Positions 13,701 to 29,000 of a DNA stretch of 64,000 nucleotides are shown piece by piece (the first letter of the stretch is position 1; every line of letters begins with the position of its first letter). The translations under genes and the position numbers were made by a program. This DNA comes from the human T2T-CHM13v2.0 reference genome, Homo sapiens. The DNA lies in assembly GCF_009914755.1 (NCBI RefSeq), contig NC_060933.1; one strand, given 5' to 3'. The notes under the pieces are model-generated. The model was given only the letters and a program-made list of their open reading frames with translations. It had not been told where the DNA came from and did not search any database.

Positions 13701-15789
13701 GAATGGAATAGAATGGAATGGAATGGAATGGAATGGAATGGAATGGAATGGAATGGAATGGAATCAACTCGATTGCAATCGAATGGAATGGAATGGAATT
13801 AACCCGAATAGAATGGAATGGAATGGAATGGAACGGAACGGAACGGAACGGAATGGAATGGAATGGAATGGAATGGAATGGAATGGAATTGAACGGAACG
13901 GAATGGAATGGAATGGAATGGAATGGAATGGAATGGAATGGAATGGAATCAACGCGAGTGCAGGGGAATGGAATGGAATGGAATGCAATGGAATGGAATC
14001 TTCCGGAATTGAATGGAATGGAATGGAATGGAATGAAATGCAATGGATTCAACTCGATTGCAATGGAATGGAATAGAATGGAATGGAATGGAATGGAATG
14101 GAATTAATCCGAATAGAATGGAATGGAATGGAAAGGAACAGAATGGAACGGAATGGAATGGAATGGAATGGAATGGTATGGAATGGAATGGAATGGTACG
14201 GAATAGAATGGAATGGAACGAATTGCAATGGAATGGAATTGAATGGAATGGAATGGAATGGAATGGAATGGAATGGAATGGAATCAACGCGAGTGCAGGG
14301 GAATGTAATGGAACGGAATGCAATGGAATGGAATCATCCGGAATGGAATGGAATGGAATGGAATGGAATGGAATCAACCCGAGTGCAATGGAATGGAGTG
14401 GAATGGAATGGAATGGAACAACCCGAATGGAATGGAATGTAATGGAGAGTAAGGGAGTTGAATAGAATCAATCCGAATGTAATGGAATGGAATGCAACGG
14501 AATGGAATGGAATGGAATGGAATGGAATGCAATGGAATGGAATCAACTCGAGTACAATGCAATGGAATGGAATGGAATGGAATGCAATGGAATGGAATCA
14601 ACTCGAGTACAATGGAATGGAATGGAATGGAATGGAATGGAATGGAATGGAATGGAATGGAATGGAATGGAATTGAATGGAATGGAATGCCTTCAAACCG
14701 AAGGGAAAGGAAAGGAATAGAATCACCACGAGTGGAATGGAATGGAATGGAAAAGAATGGAATGGAATAGAATGGTACGGAATAGAATGGAATGGAACGA
14801 ACTGGAATGGAATGGAATGGAATGGAATGGAATGGAATGGAATGGAATGGAATGGAATCCTTCTGAGTGGAATAGGAGGGAATGTATTCGAGTGGAATGG
14901 AAAGGAATGGAATCAACCAGATTGGAATGGAAGGGAATGGAATGGAATGGAAACTAATAGAATGGAATCAACCCGAGTGGAATGGAATGGAAAGGACTGG
15001 AATGGAATGGAATGGAATGGAATTGAATGGAATCAACTACATTGTAATGGAATGGAATGGAATGGAATGGAATGGAATTAACCCGAATACAATGGAATGG
15101 ACTAGAATGGAACGGAATGGAGTGGAATGGAATGGAATCAACCCGAGTGCAGGGGAATGGAATGGAATGGAATGCAATGGAATGGAATCATCCGGAATGG
15201 AATGGAATGGAATGGAATGCAAAGCAATGGAATCAACTCGATTGCAATGGAATGGAATGGAATGGAAAGGAATAGAACGGAATCAACACGAGTGTAATGG
15301 AATGGAAAGGACTGGAATGGAGTGGAATGGAATGGAATGGAATGGAATGGAATCAACTCGATTGGAATGGAATGGAATGGAATGGAAAGGAATGGAATGG
15401 AATTAACCCGAATAGAATGGAATGGAATGGAATGGAACGGAATGGAATGGAATGGAATGGAATGGAATGGAATGGAATGGAATGGAATCAACCCGACTGC
15501 AGGGGAATGGAATGGAATGGAATGCAATAGAATGGAATCATCCGGAACGGAATGGAATGGAATGGAATGGAATCAACTCGATTGCAATCGAATGGAATGG
15601 AATGGAATTAACCCGAATAGAATGGAATGGAATGGAATGGAACGGAAAGGAATGGAATGGAATGGAATGGAATGGAATGAAATAGAACGGAACGGAACGG
15701 AACGGAATGGAATGGAATGGAATGGAATGGAATCAACGCGAGTGCAGGGGAATGGAATGGAATGGAATGCAATGGAATGGAATCTTCCG

Positions 15790-15915
15790 GAATGGAATGG
15801 AATGGAATGGAATGGAATGAAATGCAATGGATTCAACTCGATTGCAATGGAATGGAATGGAATGGAATGGAATGGAATGAAATGCAATGGATTCAACTCG
15901 ATTGCAATGGAATGG
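15790..15915 (+). repeat. Local tandem duplication, 60-bp unit x2
   Basis: AATGGAATGAAATGCAATGGATTCAACTCGATTGCAATGG occurs at 15811 and again at 15871. Confidence 0.85.
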
Positions 15916-17895
15916 AATAGATTGGAATGGAATGGAATGGAATTAACCCGAATAGAATGGAATGGAATGGAATGGAACGGAATGGAACGGAACGGAATGG
16001 AATGGAATGGAATGGAATGGAATGGAATGGTATGGAATGGAATGGAATGGTACGGAATAGAATGGAATGGAACGAATTGTAATGGAATGGAATTGAAAGG
16101 AATGGAATGGAATGGAATGGAATGGAATCAACGCGAGTGCAGGGGAATGTAATGGAACGGAATGCAATGGAACGGAATCATCCGGAATGTAATGTAATGG
16201 AATGGAATGGAATGGAATCAACCCGAGTGCAATGGAATGGAGTGGAATGGAATGGAATGGAATGGAACAACCCGAATGGAATGGAATGTAATGGAGAGTA
16301 AGGGAGTTGAATAGAATCAATCCGAATGTAATGGAATGGAATGCAACGGATTGGAATGGAATGGAATGCAATGGAATGGAATCAACCCGAGTACAATGGA
16401 ATGGAATGGAATGGAATGGAATGGAATGGAATGGAATGCCTTCAAACCGAATGGAATGGAAAGGAATGGAATCAACACGAGTGGAGTGTAATGGAATGGA
16501 ATGGAAGGGAATGGAATGGAATGGAATGGAATGATACGGAACAGAATGGAATGGAACGAAATGGAATGGAATGGAATGGAATGGAATGGAATGGAATGAA
16601 ATGGAATGGAATGGAATCGTTCCGAGTAGAATAGGAGGGAATGTATTCGAGTGGAATGGAAAGGAATGGAATCACCCAGAGTGGAATGGAAGAGAATGGA
16701 ATGGAATGGAAACTAATAGAATGGAATCAACCCGAGTGGAATGGAATGGAAAGGACTGGAATGGAATGGAATGGAATGGAATGGAATGGAATCAACTCGA
16801 TTGTAATGGAATGGAATGGAATGGAACGAAATGGAATGGAATGGAATGGAATGGAATGGAATGGAATGGAATGGAATCGTTCCGAGTGGAATACGAGGGA
16901 ATGTATTCGAGTGGAATGGAAAGGAATGGAATCAACCAGAGTGGAATGGAAGGGAATGGAATGGAATGGAAACTAATAGAATGGAATCAACCCGACTGGA
17001 ATGGAATGGAAAAGACTGGAATGGAATGGAATGGAATGGAATGGAATGGAATGGAATGGAATGGAATCAACGCGAGTGCAGGGGAATGGAATGGAATGGA
17101 ATGCAATGGAATGGAATCTTCCGGAATGGAATGGAATTGAATGGAATGGAATGGAATGGAATGGAATAAACCCGAGTGCAAAGGAATGGAGTGGAATGGA
17201 ATGGAATGGAATGGAACAACCCGAATGGAATGGAATGTAATGGAGACTAAGGGAGTTGAATAGAATCAATCCGAATGTAATGGAATGGAATGGAACGGAA
17301 TGGAATTGAATGGAATGGAATGGAATGCAATGGAATGGAATCAACCCGAGTGCAATGGAATGGAGAGGAATGGAATGCAATGGAATGGAAACTACCCGAA
17401 TGGAATGGAATGTAATAGAGTGTAAGGAAATTGAATAGAATCAATCCGAATGTAATGGAATGGAAAGGAACGGAATGGAATGGAATGGAATGGAATGGAA
17501 TGGAATGGAATGCAATGGAATGGAATCAACCCGAGTGCAACCGAATGGAATCGAATGGAATGGAATGCAATGGAATGGATTCAACTTGAATGGAATGGAA
17601 AGAATGGAATCAACACGAGTGGAAGGGCATGGATTGGAATGCAATGGAATGGAATCAACCCGAGTACAGGGGAATGGAATGGAATGGAATGCAATGGAAT
17701 GGAATCATCCGTAATGGAAAGGAAAGGAATGGAATGGAATGAAATGGAATGGAATGGAATGGAATGGAATGGAATGGAATGGAATGGAATCAACACGATT
17801 GCAATCGAATGGAATGGAATGGAATTAACCCGAATAGAATGGAATGGAATGGAATGGAACGGAACGGAACGGAATGGAATGGAATGGAATGGAAT

Positions 17896-17955
17896 GGAAC
17901 GGAACGGAAAGGAACGGAACGGAACGGAACGGAACGGAACGGAACGGAACGGAAC
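17896..17955 (+). repeat. (GGAAC)n variant-pentamer expansion
   Basis: Nine perfect GGAAC units at 17911-17955, preceded by GGAAC GGAAC GGAAA. Equivalent sites elsewhere carry about 1-5 units. Confidence 0.9.
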
Positions 17956-20900
17956 GGAATGGAATGGAATGGAATGGAATGGAATCAACGCGAGTGCAGG
18001 GGAATGGAATGGAATGGAATGCAATGGAATGGAATCTTCCGGAATGGAATGGAATGGAATGGAATGGAATGAAATGCAATGGATTCAACTCGATTGCAAT
18101 GGAATGGAATAGAATGGAATGGAATGGAATGGAATGGAATAAACCCGAATAGAATGGAATGGAATGGAATGGAACGGAATGGAACGGAATGGAATGGAAT
18201 GGAATGGAATGGAATGGAATGGTATGGAATGGAATGGAATGGTACGGAATAGAATGGAATGGAAAGAATTGTAATGGAATGGAATTGAATGGAATGGAAT
18301 GGAATGGAATGGAATCAACCCGAGTGCAATGGAATGGAGTGGAATGGAATGGAATGGAATGGAACAACCCGAATGGAATGGAATGTAATGGAGAGTAAGG
18401 GAGTTGAATAGAATCAATCCGAATGTAATGGAATGGAATGCAACGGAATGGAATGGAATGGAATGGAATGGAATCAACCCGAGTGGAATGGCATGGAATG
18501 GAATGCAATGGAATGGAATGGAATGGAATCAACTCGAGTGGAAAGGAATGGAATGGAATGGAAAGGAATGGAATGAAATCAACTCGAGTGGAATGGAATG
18601 GAATGGAATAGATTGGAGTGGATTGCAACGGAATGAAATGGAATGGAATGGAATGGAATCAATCATTCCGAGTGGAATGGAAGGGAATGTAATGGAGTGG
18701 AAAGAAGGGAATGGAATCAACCCGATTGGAATGCAAGGCAATGGAATGGAATGGAAAGGAATGGAATGGAATCAACTCAATTGCAATGGAATGGAATGGA
18801 ATGGAATGGAATTGAATGGAATTAACCGGAATAGAATGGAATGCAATGGAATGGAACAGAATGGAATGGAATGGAAGGTAATGGAATCAACACGAGTGCA
18901 GGGGAATGGAAAGGAATGGAATGCAATGGAATGGAATCATCCGGAATGGAATGGAATGGAATGGAATCAACTCCATTGCAATGGAATGGAATGGAATGGA
19001 ATGGAATAGAATGGAATGGAATTAACCCGAATAGAATGGAATGCAATAGAATGGAATGGAACGGATCCGAATGGAGTGGAATGGAATGGAATGGAATCAA
19101 CCTGAGTGCAGGGGAATGGAATGGAATGGAATGCAATGGAATGGAATCATCCGGAATGGAATGGAATGGAATCAAACCGAGTGCAATCGAATGGAGTGAA
19201 ATGGAATGGAATGGAATGGAAACAACCAGAATGGATTGGAATATAATGGAGTGTAAGGGAATTGAATAGAATCAATCTGAATGTAATGAAATGGAATTGA
19301 TCGGAATGGAATGGAATGGAATGGAATCGAATGCAATGGAATGGAATGGAATCAACCCGAGTGCAATGGAATGGATTCGAATAGAATTGAATGGAGTGGA
19401 TTGGATTCAACCCGAATGGAATGGAAAGGAATGGAATCAACCCGAGTGGAATGGCATGGAATGGAAAGGAATGGAATGGAATTGAATGGAATGGAATCGT
19501 TCGGAATAGAATGGATTGGAACAAAATGGAATGGAATGTAATGGAATGGAATGTAATGGAATGGAATGGAATGGAATCAAGTCGATTGCAATGGAATAGA
19601 ATGGAATGGAATGGAACGGATTGGAATGGAATGGAATGGAATGGAATGGAATTAAATGGAATGGAATGGAATGGAATCAACCCGAGTGTAGGGGAAAGGA
19701 ATGGAATGGAATGCAATGGAATGAAATGGAATGGAATGGAATGGAATGGAATGGAATGGAATCAACCCGAGTGGAATGGCATGGAATGGAATGCAATGGA
19801 ATGGAATGGAATGGAATCAACTCGAGTGGAAAGGAATGGAATGGAATGGAAATGAATGGAATGAAATCAACTCGAGTGGAATGGAATAGAATGGAATGGA
19901 ATGGAATGAAATGCAATGGATTCAACTCGATTGCAATGGAATGGAATAGAATGGAATGGAATAGAATGGAATGGAATTAACCCGAATAGAATGGAATGGA
20001 ATGCAATGCAACGGAATGGAACGGAATGGAATGGAATGGAATGGAATGGAATGGTATGAAATGGAATGGAATGGTACGGAATAGAATGGAATGGAACGGA
20101 TTACAATGGAATGGAATTGAATGGAATGCAATGGAATCAACGCGGGTGCAGGGGAATGTAATGGAACGGAATGCAATGGAATGGAATCATCCGGAATGGA
20201 ATGGAATGGAATGGAATGGAATCAACCCTGGTGCAATGGAATTGAGTGGAATGGAATGGAATGGAATGGAACAACCCGAATGGAATGGAATGTAATGGAG
20301 AGTAAGGGAGTTGAATAGAATCAATCCGAATGTAATGGAATGGAATGCAACGGAATGGAATGGAATGGAATGGCATGGAATGGAATGCAATGGAATGGAA
20401 TCAACCCGAGTACAATGGAATGGAATGGAATGGAATGGAATGGAATGGAATGGAATGCCTTCAAACCGAATGGAATGGAAAGGAATGGAATCAACACGAG
20501 TGGAATGGAATGGAATGGAATGGAATGGAATGGAATGGAATGGAATGGAATCAACGGGAGTGCAGGGGAATGGAATGGAATGGAATGCAATGGAATGGAA
20601 TTTTCCGGAATGGAATGGAATGGAATGGAATGGAATGGAATGGAATGGAAAGGAATGGAAAGGAATGGAATGGAATGGAATGGAATGGAATCAACGCGAG
20701 TGCAGGGGAATGGAATGGAATGGAATGCAATGGAATGGAATTTTCCGGAATGGAATGGAATGGAATGGAATGGAATGGAATGGAATGGAATCAACCCGAG
20801 TGCAATGGAATGGAGTGTAATGGAATGGAATGGAATGGAACAACCCGAACGGAATGGAATGTAATGGAGAGTAAGGGAGTTGAATAGAATCAATCCGAAT

Positions 20901-22609
20901 GTAATGGAATGGAATGGAACGGAATGGAATTGAATGGAATGGAATGGAATGCAATGGAATGGAATCAACCCGAGTGCAATGGAATGGAGAGGAAAGGAAT
21001 GGAATGGAATGGAAACTACCGGAATGGAATGGAATGTAATGGAGTGTAAGGGAATTGAATAGAATCAATCCGAATGAAATGGAATGGAATGGAACGGAAT
21101 GGATTGGAATGGAATGGAATGGAATGGAATGGAATGGAATGCAATGGAATGGAATCAACCCGAGTGCAATCGAATGGAATCGAATGGAATGGAATGCAAT
21201 GGAATGGAATCAACTTGAATGGAATGGAAAGAATGGAATCAACACTAGTGGAAGGGCATGGATTGGAATGCAATGGAATGGAATCAACCCGAGTACAGGG
21301 GAATGGAATGGAATGGAATGCAATGGAATGGAATCATCCGTAATGGAATGGAAAGCAATGGAATGGAATGGAATGGAACGGAATGGAATGGAATGGAATC
21401 AACACGATTGCAATCGAATGGAATGGAAAGGAATTAACCCGAATGGAATGGAATGGAATGGAATGGAACGGAACGGAATGGAATGGAATGGAATGGAATG
21501 GAATGGAATGGAATGGAATTCACCCGAATAGAATGGAATGGAATGGAATGGAAAGGAATGGAAGGGAAGGAAATGGTATGTAATCAACCCGAGTGCAGGG
21601 GAATGGAATGGAATGGAATGCAATGGAATGGAATCATCCGGAATGGAATGGAATGGAATGGTATCAACCCGAGTGCAGGGGAATGTAATTTAACGGAATG
21701 CAATGGAATGGAATCATCCGGAATGGAATGGAATGGAATGGAATGCAAAACAATGGAATCAACACGATTGGAATGCAATGGAATGTAATGGAAATGAATA
21801 GAATGGAATCAACACGAGTGGAATGGAATGGAAAGGACTGGAATGGAATGGAATGGAATGGAATGGAATGGAATGGAATCAACTCGATTGGAATGGAATG
21901 GAATGGAATGGAATGGAATGGAATGGAATGGAATTAACCCGAATACAATGGAATGGAATGGAATGGAATGGAACGGAATGGAGTGGAATGGAATGGAATC
22001 AACCCGAGTGCAAGGGAATGGAATGGAAAGGAATGGAATGGAATGGAATGGAATGCAAAGCAATGGAATCAACTCGATTGCAATGGAATGGAATGGAATG
22101 GAAAGGAATAGAATGGAATCAACCCGAGTGTAATGGAATGGAAAGGACTGGAATGGAGTGGAATGGAATGGAATGGAATGGAATGGAATCAACTCGATTG
22201 GAATGGAATGGAATGGAATGGAATGGAATGAAATGGAATTAACCCGAATAGAATGGAATAGAATGGAATGGAACGGAATGGAATGGAATGGAATGGAATG
22301 GAATGGAATGGAATGGAATCAACCCAACTGCAGGGGAATGGAATGGAATGGAATGGAATGGAATGGAATGGAATCATCCGGAACGGAATGGAATGGAATG
22401 GAATGGAATCAACTCGATTGCAAAGGAATGGAATGGAATGGAATGGAATCGAAAGGAATGGAATGGAATTAACCAGAATAGAATGGAATGGAATGGAATG
22501 GAAGGGAATGGAATGGAATGGAATGGAATGGAATGGAATCAACTCGATTGGAATGGAATGGAATGGAATGGAATGGAATGAAATGGAATTAACCCGAATA
22601 GAATGGAAT

Positions 22610-23040
22610 GGAATGGAATGGAACGGAACGGAATGGAATGCAATGGAATGGAATGGAATGGAATGGAATGGAATGGAATCAACCCAAATGCAGGGGAATG
22701 GAATGGAATGGAATGGAATGGAATGGAATCATCCGGAACGGAATAGAATGGAATGGAATGGAATCAACTCGATTGCAATGGAATGGAATGGAATGGAATG
22801 GAATTAAACCGAATAGAATGGAATGGAATGGAATGGAACGGAACGGAATGGAATGCAATGGAATGGAATGGAATGGAATGGAATGGAATGGAATCAACCC
22901 AAATGCAGGGGAATGGAATGGAATGGAATGGAATGGAATGGAATCATCCGGAACGGAATAGAATGGAATGGAATGGAATCAACTCGATTGCAATGGAATG
23001 GAATGGAATGGAATGGAATTAAACCGAATAGAATGGAATG
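22610..23040 (+). repeat. Local tandem duplication, 215-bp unit x2
   Basis: The private variant AACCCAAATGCAGGGG occurs at 22681 and 22896, and GAATTAAACCGAATAG at 22801 and 23016. Ends are approximate. Confidence 0.85.
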
Positions 23041-26000
23041 GAATGGAATGGAACGGAATGGAACGGAACGGAACGGAACGGAGTGGAATGGAATGGAATG
23101 GAATTGTATGCAATGGAATGGAATGGTACGGAATAGAATGGAATGGAAAGAATTGCAATGGAATGGAATCGAATGGAATGGAATGGAATCAACCCGAGTG
23201 CAGTGGAATGTAATGGAATGGAATGCAATGGAATGGAATCATCCGGAATGGAATGGAATGGAATGGAATGGAATGGAATCAACCCGAGTGCAATGGAATG
23301 GAGTCGAATGGAATGGAATGGAATGGAACAACCCGAATGGAATGGAATGTAATGGAGAGTAAGGGAGTTGTATAGAATCAATCCGAATGTAATGGAATGG
23401 AATGCAACGGAATGGAATGGAATGGAATGCAATGGAATGGAATGGAATGGAATGCAAAGGAATGGAATCAACCCGAGTGGAATGGCATGGAATGGATTGC
23501 AATGGATTGGAATGGAATGGAATCAACTCGAGTGGAAAGGAATGGAATGGAATGGAATGGAATGGAATGAAGTCAACTCGAGTGGAATGGAATGGAATGG
23601 AATGGATTGGAATGGATTGCAATGGAATGAAATGGAATGGAATGGAATGGAATCAATCATTCCGAGTGGAATGGAAGGGAATGTAATGGAGTGGAAAGAA
23701 GGGAATGGAATCAACCCGAGTGGAATGCAAGGCAATGGAATGGAATGGAAAGGAATGGAATGGAATCAACTCGATTGCAATGGAATGGAATGGAATGGAA
23801 TGGAATGGAATGGAATGGAATGGAATGCAATGGAATTAACCGGAATAGAATGGAATGGAATGGAATGGAACGGAATGGAAAGAATGGAAGGGAATGGAAT
23901 CAACACGAGTGCAGGGGAATGGAATGGAATGGAATGCAATGGAATGGAATCATCTGGAATTGAATGGAATGGAATGGAATAAACTCCATTGCAATGCAAT
24001 GGAATGGAATGGAATGGAATAGAATGTAATGGAATTAACCCGAATAGAATGGAATGCAATAGAATGGAATGCAACGGAACCGAATGGAGTGGAATGGAAT
24101 GGAATGGAATCAACCCGAGTACAGGGGAATGGAATGGAATGGAAAGCAATGGAATGGAGTCATCCGTAATGGAATGGAAAGGAATGGAATGGAATGGAAT
24201 GGAATGGAATGGAATGGAATGGAATCAACTCGATTGCAATCGAATGGAATGGAATGGAATTAACCCGAATAGAATGGAATGGAACGGAACGGAATGGAAT
24301 GGAATGGAATGGAATGGAATGGAACGGAACGGAATGGAATGGAATGGAAAGGAATGGAATCAACGCGAGTGCAGGGGAATGGAATGGAATGGAATGTAAT
24401 GGAATGGAATCTTCCGGAATGGAATGGAATGGAATGGAATGGAATGAAAGGCAATGGATTCAACTCGATTGCAATGGAATGGAATAGAATGGAATGGAAT
24501 TGAATGGAATGGAATGGAATTGAATGGAATGGAATGCCTTCAAACCGAATGGAATGGAAAGGAATGGAATCAACACGAGTGGAAAGGAATGGAATGGAAA
24601 GGAATCGAATGGAATGGAATGGTATGGAATAGAATGGAATGGAACGAACTGCAATGGAATGGAATGGAATGGAATGGAATGGAATGGAATGGAATCGTTC
24701 CGAGTGGAATAGGAGGGAATGTATTCGAGTGGAATGGAAAAGAATGGAATCAACCAGAGTGGAATGGAAGGGAATGGAATGGAATGGAAACTAATAGAAT
24801 GGAATCAATACGAGTGGAATGGAATGGAAAGGACTGGAATGGAATGGAATGGAATGGAATGGAATGGAATGGAATCAACTCGATTGTAATGGAATGGAAT
24901 GGAATGGAATGGAATGGAATGGAATGGAATGGAATTAACCCGAATACAATGGAATGGAATGGAATGGAACGGAATGGAGTGGAATGGAATGGAATCAACC
25001 CGAGTGCAGTGGAATGGAATGGAATGGAATGCAATGGAGTGGAATCATCCGGAATGTAATGGAATGGAATGGAATGAAAAGCAATGGAATCAACTCGATT
25101 GCAATGGAATGGAATGGAATGGAAAGGAATAGAATGGAATCAACCCGAGTGTAATGGAATGGAAAGGACTGGAATGGAGTGGAATGGAATGGAATGGAAT
25201 GGAATGGAATCAACTAGATTTTAATGGAATGGAATGGAATGGAATGGAATGGAATGGAATGGAATGGAATGGAATTAACCCGAATAGAATGGAATGGAAT
25301 GGAATGGAACAGAATGGAATGGAATGGAATGGAATGGAATGGAATGGAATCAACCCGACTGCAGGGGAATGGAATGGAATGGAATGGAATGGAATGGAAT
25401 GGAATGGAATGGAATCATCCGGAACGGAATGGAATGGAATGGAATGGAATCAACTCGACTGCAATGGAATGGAATGGAATGGAATGGAATCGAAAGGAAT
25501 GGAATGGAATTAACCGGAATAGAATGGAATGGAATGGAACGGAACGGAATGGAATGGAATGGAATGGAATGGAATGGAATGGAATGGAATGGAATGGAAT
25601 CAACCCGAGTGCAGGGGAATGGAATGGAATGGAATGCAATGGAATGGAATCATCCGGAATCGAATGGAATGGAATGGAATGCAATCAACCTGATGCAATG
25701 GAATGGAGTGGAATGGAATGGAATGGAATGGAAACATCCCGAATGGAATGGAATGTAATGGAGTGTAAGGGAATTGAATAGAATCAATCCGAATGTAATG
25801 GAATGGAATGGAATGAAATGGAATGGAATGGAATGGAATGGAATGGAATCAACCCGAGTGCAATGGAATGGATTCGAATGGAATGGAATGGAATGGAATG
25901 GATTCAACAAGAATGGAATGGAAAGGAATGGAATCAACCCGAGTGTAATGGCTTGGAATGGAACGGAATGGAATGGGATGGAATGGAATGGTACGGAATA

Positions 26001-29000
26001 GAATGGAATGGAATGAAATGGAATGGAATAGAATGGAATGGAATGGAATGGAATGGAATGGAATGGAATGAACCCGTGTGCAATGGAATGGAATGGAATG
26101 GAATGGAATGGAATGGAATGGAATGGAATGGAATGGAATGGAATGGAATCATCTCGATTGCAATCGAATGGAATGGAATGGAATTAACCCGAATAGAATG
26201 GAATGGAATGGAATGGAATGGAACGGAACGGAATGGAATGGAATGGAATGGAACGGAAAGGAATGGAATGCAATGGAATGGAATGGAATGGAATGGAATG
26301 GAATCAACGCGAGTGCAGGGGAATGGAATGTAATGGAATGCAATGGAATAGAATCTTCCGGAATGGAATGGAATGGAATGGAATGGAATGGAATCAACCC
26401 TAGTGCAATGGAATGGAGTGGAATGGAATGGAATGGAATGGAACAACCCGAATTGAATGGAATGTAATGGAGAGTAAGGGAGTTGAATAGAATCAATCCG
26501 AATGTAATGGAATGGAATGGAACGGAATGGAATTGAATGGAATGGAATGGAATGCAATGGAATGGAATCAACCCGAGTGCAATGGAATGGAGAGGAATGG
26601 AATGGAATGGAATGGAAACTACCCGAATGGAATGGAATGTAATGGAGTGTAAGGGAATTGAATAGAATCAATCCGAATGTAATGGAATGGAATGGAACGG
26701 AATGGAATGGAATGGAATGGAATGGAACGGAATGGAATGCAATGGAATGGAATCAACCCGAGTGCAATTGAATGGAATCGAATGGAATGGAATGCAATGG
26801 AATGGATTCAACTTGAATGGAATGGAAAGAATGGAATCAACACGAGTGGAATGGCATGGATTGGAATGGAATGGAATGGAATCAACCCGAGTACAGGGGA
26901 ATGGAATGGAATGGAATGCATTGGAATGGAATCATCCGTAATGGAATGGAAAGGAATGGAATGGAATGGAATGGAATGGAATGGAATGGAATCAACACGA
27001 TTGCAATCGAATGGAATGGAATGGAATTAACCCGAAGAGAATGGAATGGAATGGAATGGAACGGAACGGAATGGAATGGAATGGAATGGAATGGAATGGA
27101 ACGGAACGGAATGGAATGGAACGGAATGGAATGGAATGGAATGGAATGGAATCAACGCGAGTGCAGGGGAATGCAATGGAATGGAATGCAATGGAATGGA
27201 ATCTTCCGGAATGGAATGGAATTGAATGGAATGGAATGAAATGCAATGGATTCAACTCGATTACAATGGAATGTAATAGAATGGGATGGAATGGAATGGA
27301 ATGGAATTAACCCGAATAGAATGGAATGGAATGGAATGAAACGGAATGGAACGGAATGGAATGGAATGGAATGGAATGGAATGGAATGGTATGGAATGGA
27401 ATGGAATGGTACGGAATAGAATGGAATGGAACGAATTGTAATGGAATGGAATTGAATGGAATGGAATGGAATGGAATGGAATCAACGCGAGTGCAGGGGA
27501 ATGTAATGGAACGGAATTCAATGGAATGGAATCATCCGGAATGGAATGGAATGGAATGGAATGGAATGGAATCAACCCGAGCGCAATGGAATGGAGTGGA
27601 ATGGAATGGAATGGAATGGAACAACCCGAATGGAATGGAATGTAATGGAGAGTAAGGGAGTTGAATAGAATCAATCCGAATGTAATGGAATGGAATGCAA
27701 CGGAATGGAATGGAATGGAATGCAATGGAATGGAATGGAATGGAATGCAAACGAATGGAATCAACCCGAGTGGAATCGCATGGAATGGAATGCAATGGAT
27801 TGGAATGGAATGGAATCAACTCGAGTGGAAAGGAATGGAATGGAATGGAAAGGAATGGAATGAAGTCAACTCGAGTGGAATGGAATGGAATGGAATGGAT
27901 TGGAATGGATTGCAATGGAATGAAATGGAAAGGAATGGAATGGAATCAATCATTCCGAGTGGAATGGAAGGGAATGTAATGGAGTGGAAAGAAGGGAATG
28001 GAATCAACCCGAGTGGAATGCAAGGCAATGCAATGGAATGGAAAGGAATGGAATGGAAACAACTAGATTGCAATGGAATGGAATGGAAAGGAATGGAATG
28101 GAATGGAATGGAATGCAATCAACACGAGTGCAGGGGAATGGAATGGAATGGAATGCAATGGAATGGAATCATCCGGAATGGAATGGAATGGAATGGAATT
28201 AACCCGAATAGAATGGAATGCAATGGAATGGAATGGAATAGAATGGAATGGAATTAACCCGAATAGAATGGAATGCAATAGAATGGAATGCAACGGAACC
28301 GAATGGAGTGGAATGGAATGGAATGGAATCAACCCGAGTACAGGGGAATGGAATGGAATGGAATGCAATGGAATGGAGTCATCCGTAATGGAATGGAAAG
28401 GAATGGAATGGAATGGAATGGAATGGAATGGAATGGAATGGAATGGAATGGAATCAACTCGATGGCAATCGAATGGAATGGAATGGAATTAACCCGAATA
28501 GAACGGAATGGAATGGAATGGAACGGAACGGAATGGAATGGAATGGAATCGAATTGAATGGAATGGAATGCCTTCAAACCGAATGGAATGGAAAGGAATG
28601 GAATCAACACGAGTGGAAAAGAATGGAATGGAAAGGAATGGAATGGAATGGTACGGAATAGAATGGAATGGAACGAACTGGAATGGAATGGAATGGAATG
28701 GAATGGAATGAAATGGAATCGTTCCGAGTGGAATAGGAGGGAATGTATTCGAGTGGAATGGAAAGGAATGGAATCAACCAGAGTGGAATGGAAGGGAATG
28801 GAATGGAATGGAAACTAATAGAATGGAATCAACCCGAGTGGAATGGAATGGAAAGGACTGGAAAGGACTGGAATGGAATGGAATGGAATGGAATGGAATG
28901 GAATCAACTCGATTGTAATGGAATGGAATGGAATGGAATGGAATGGAATGGAATGGAATGGAATGGAATTAACCCGAATAAAATGGAATGGAATGGAATG

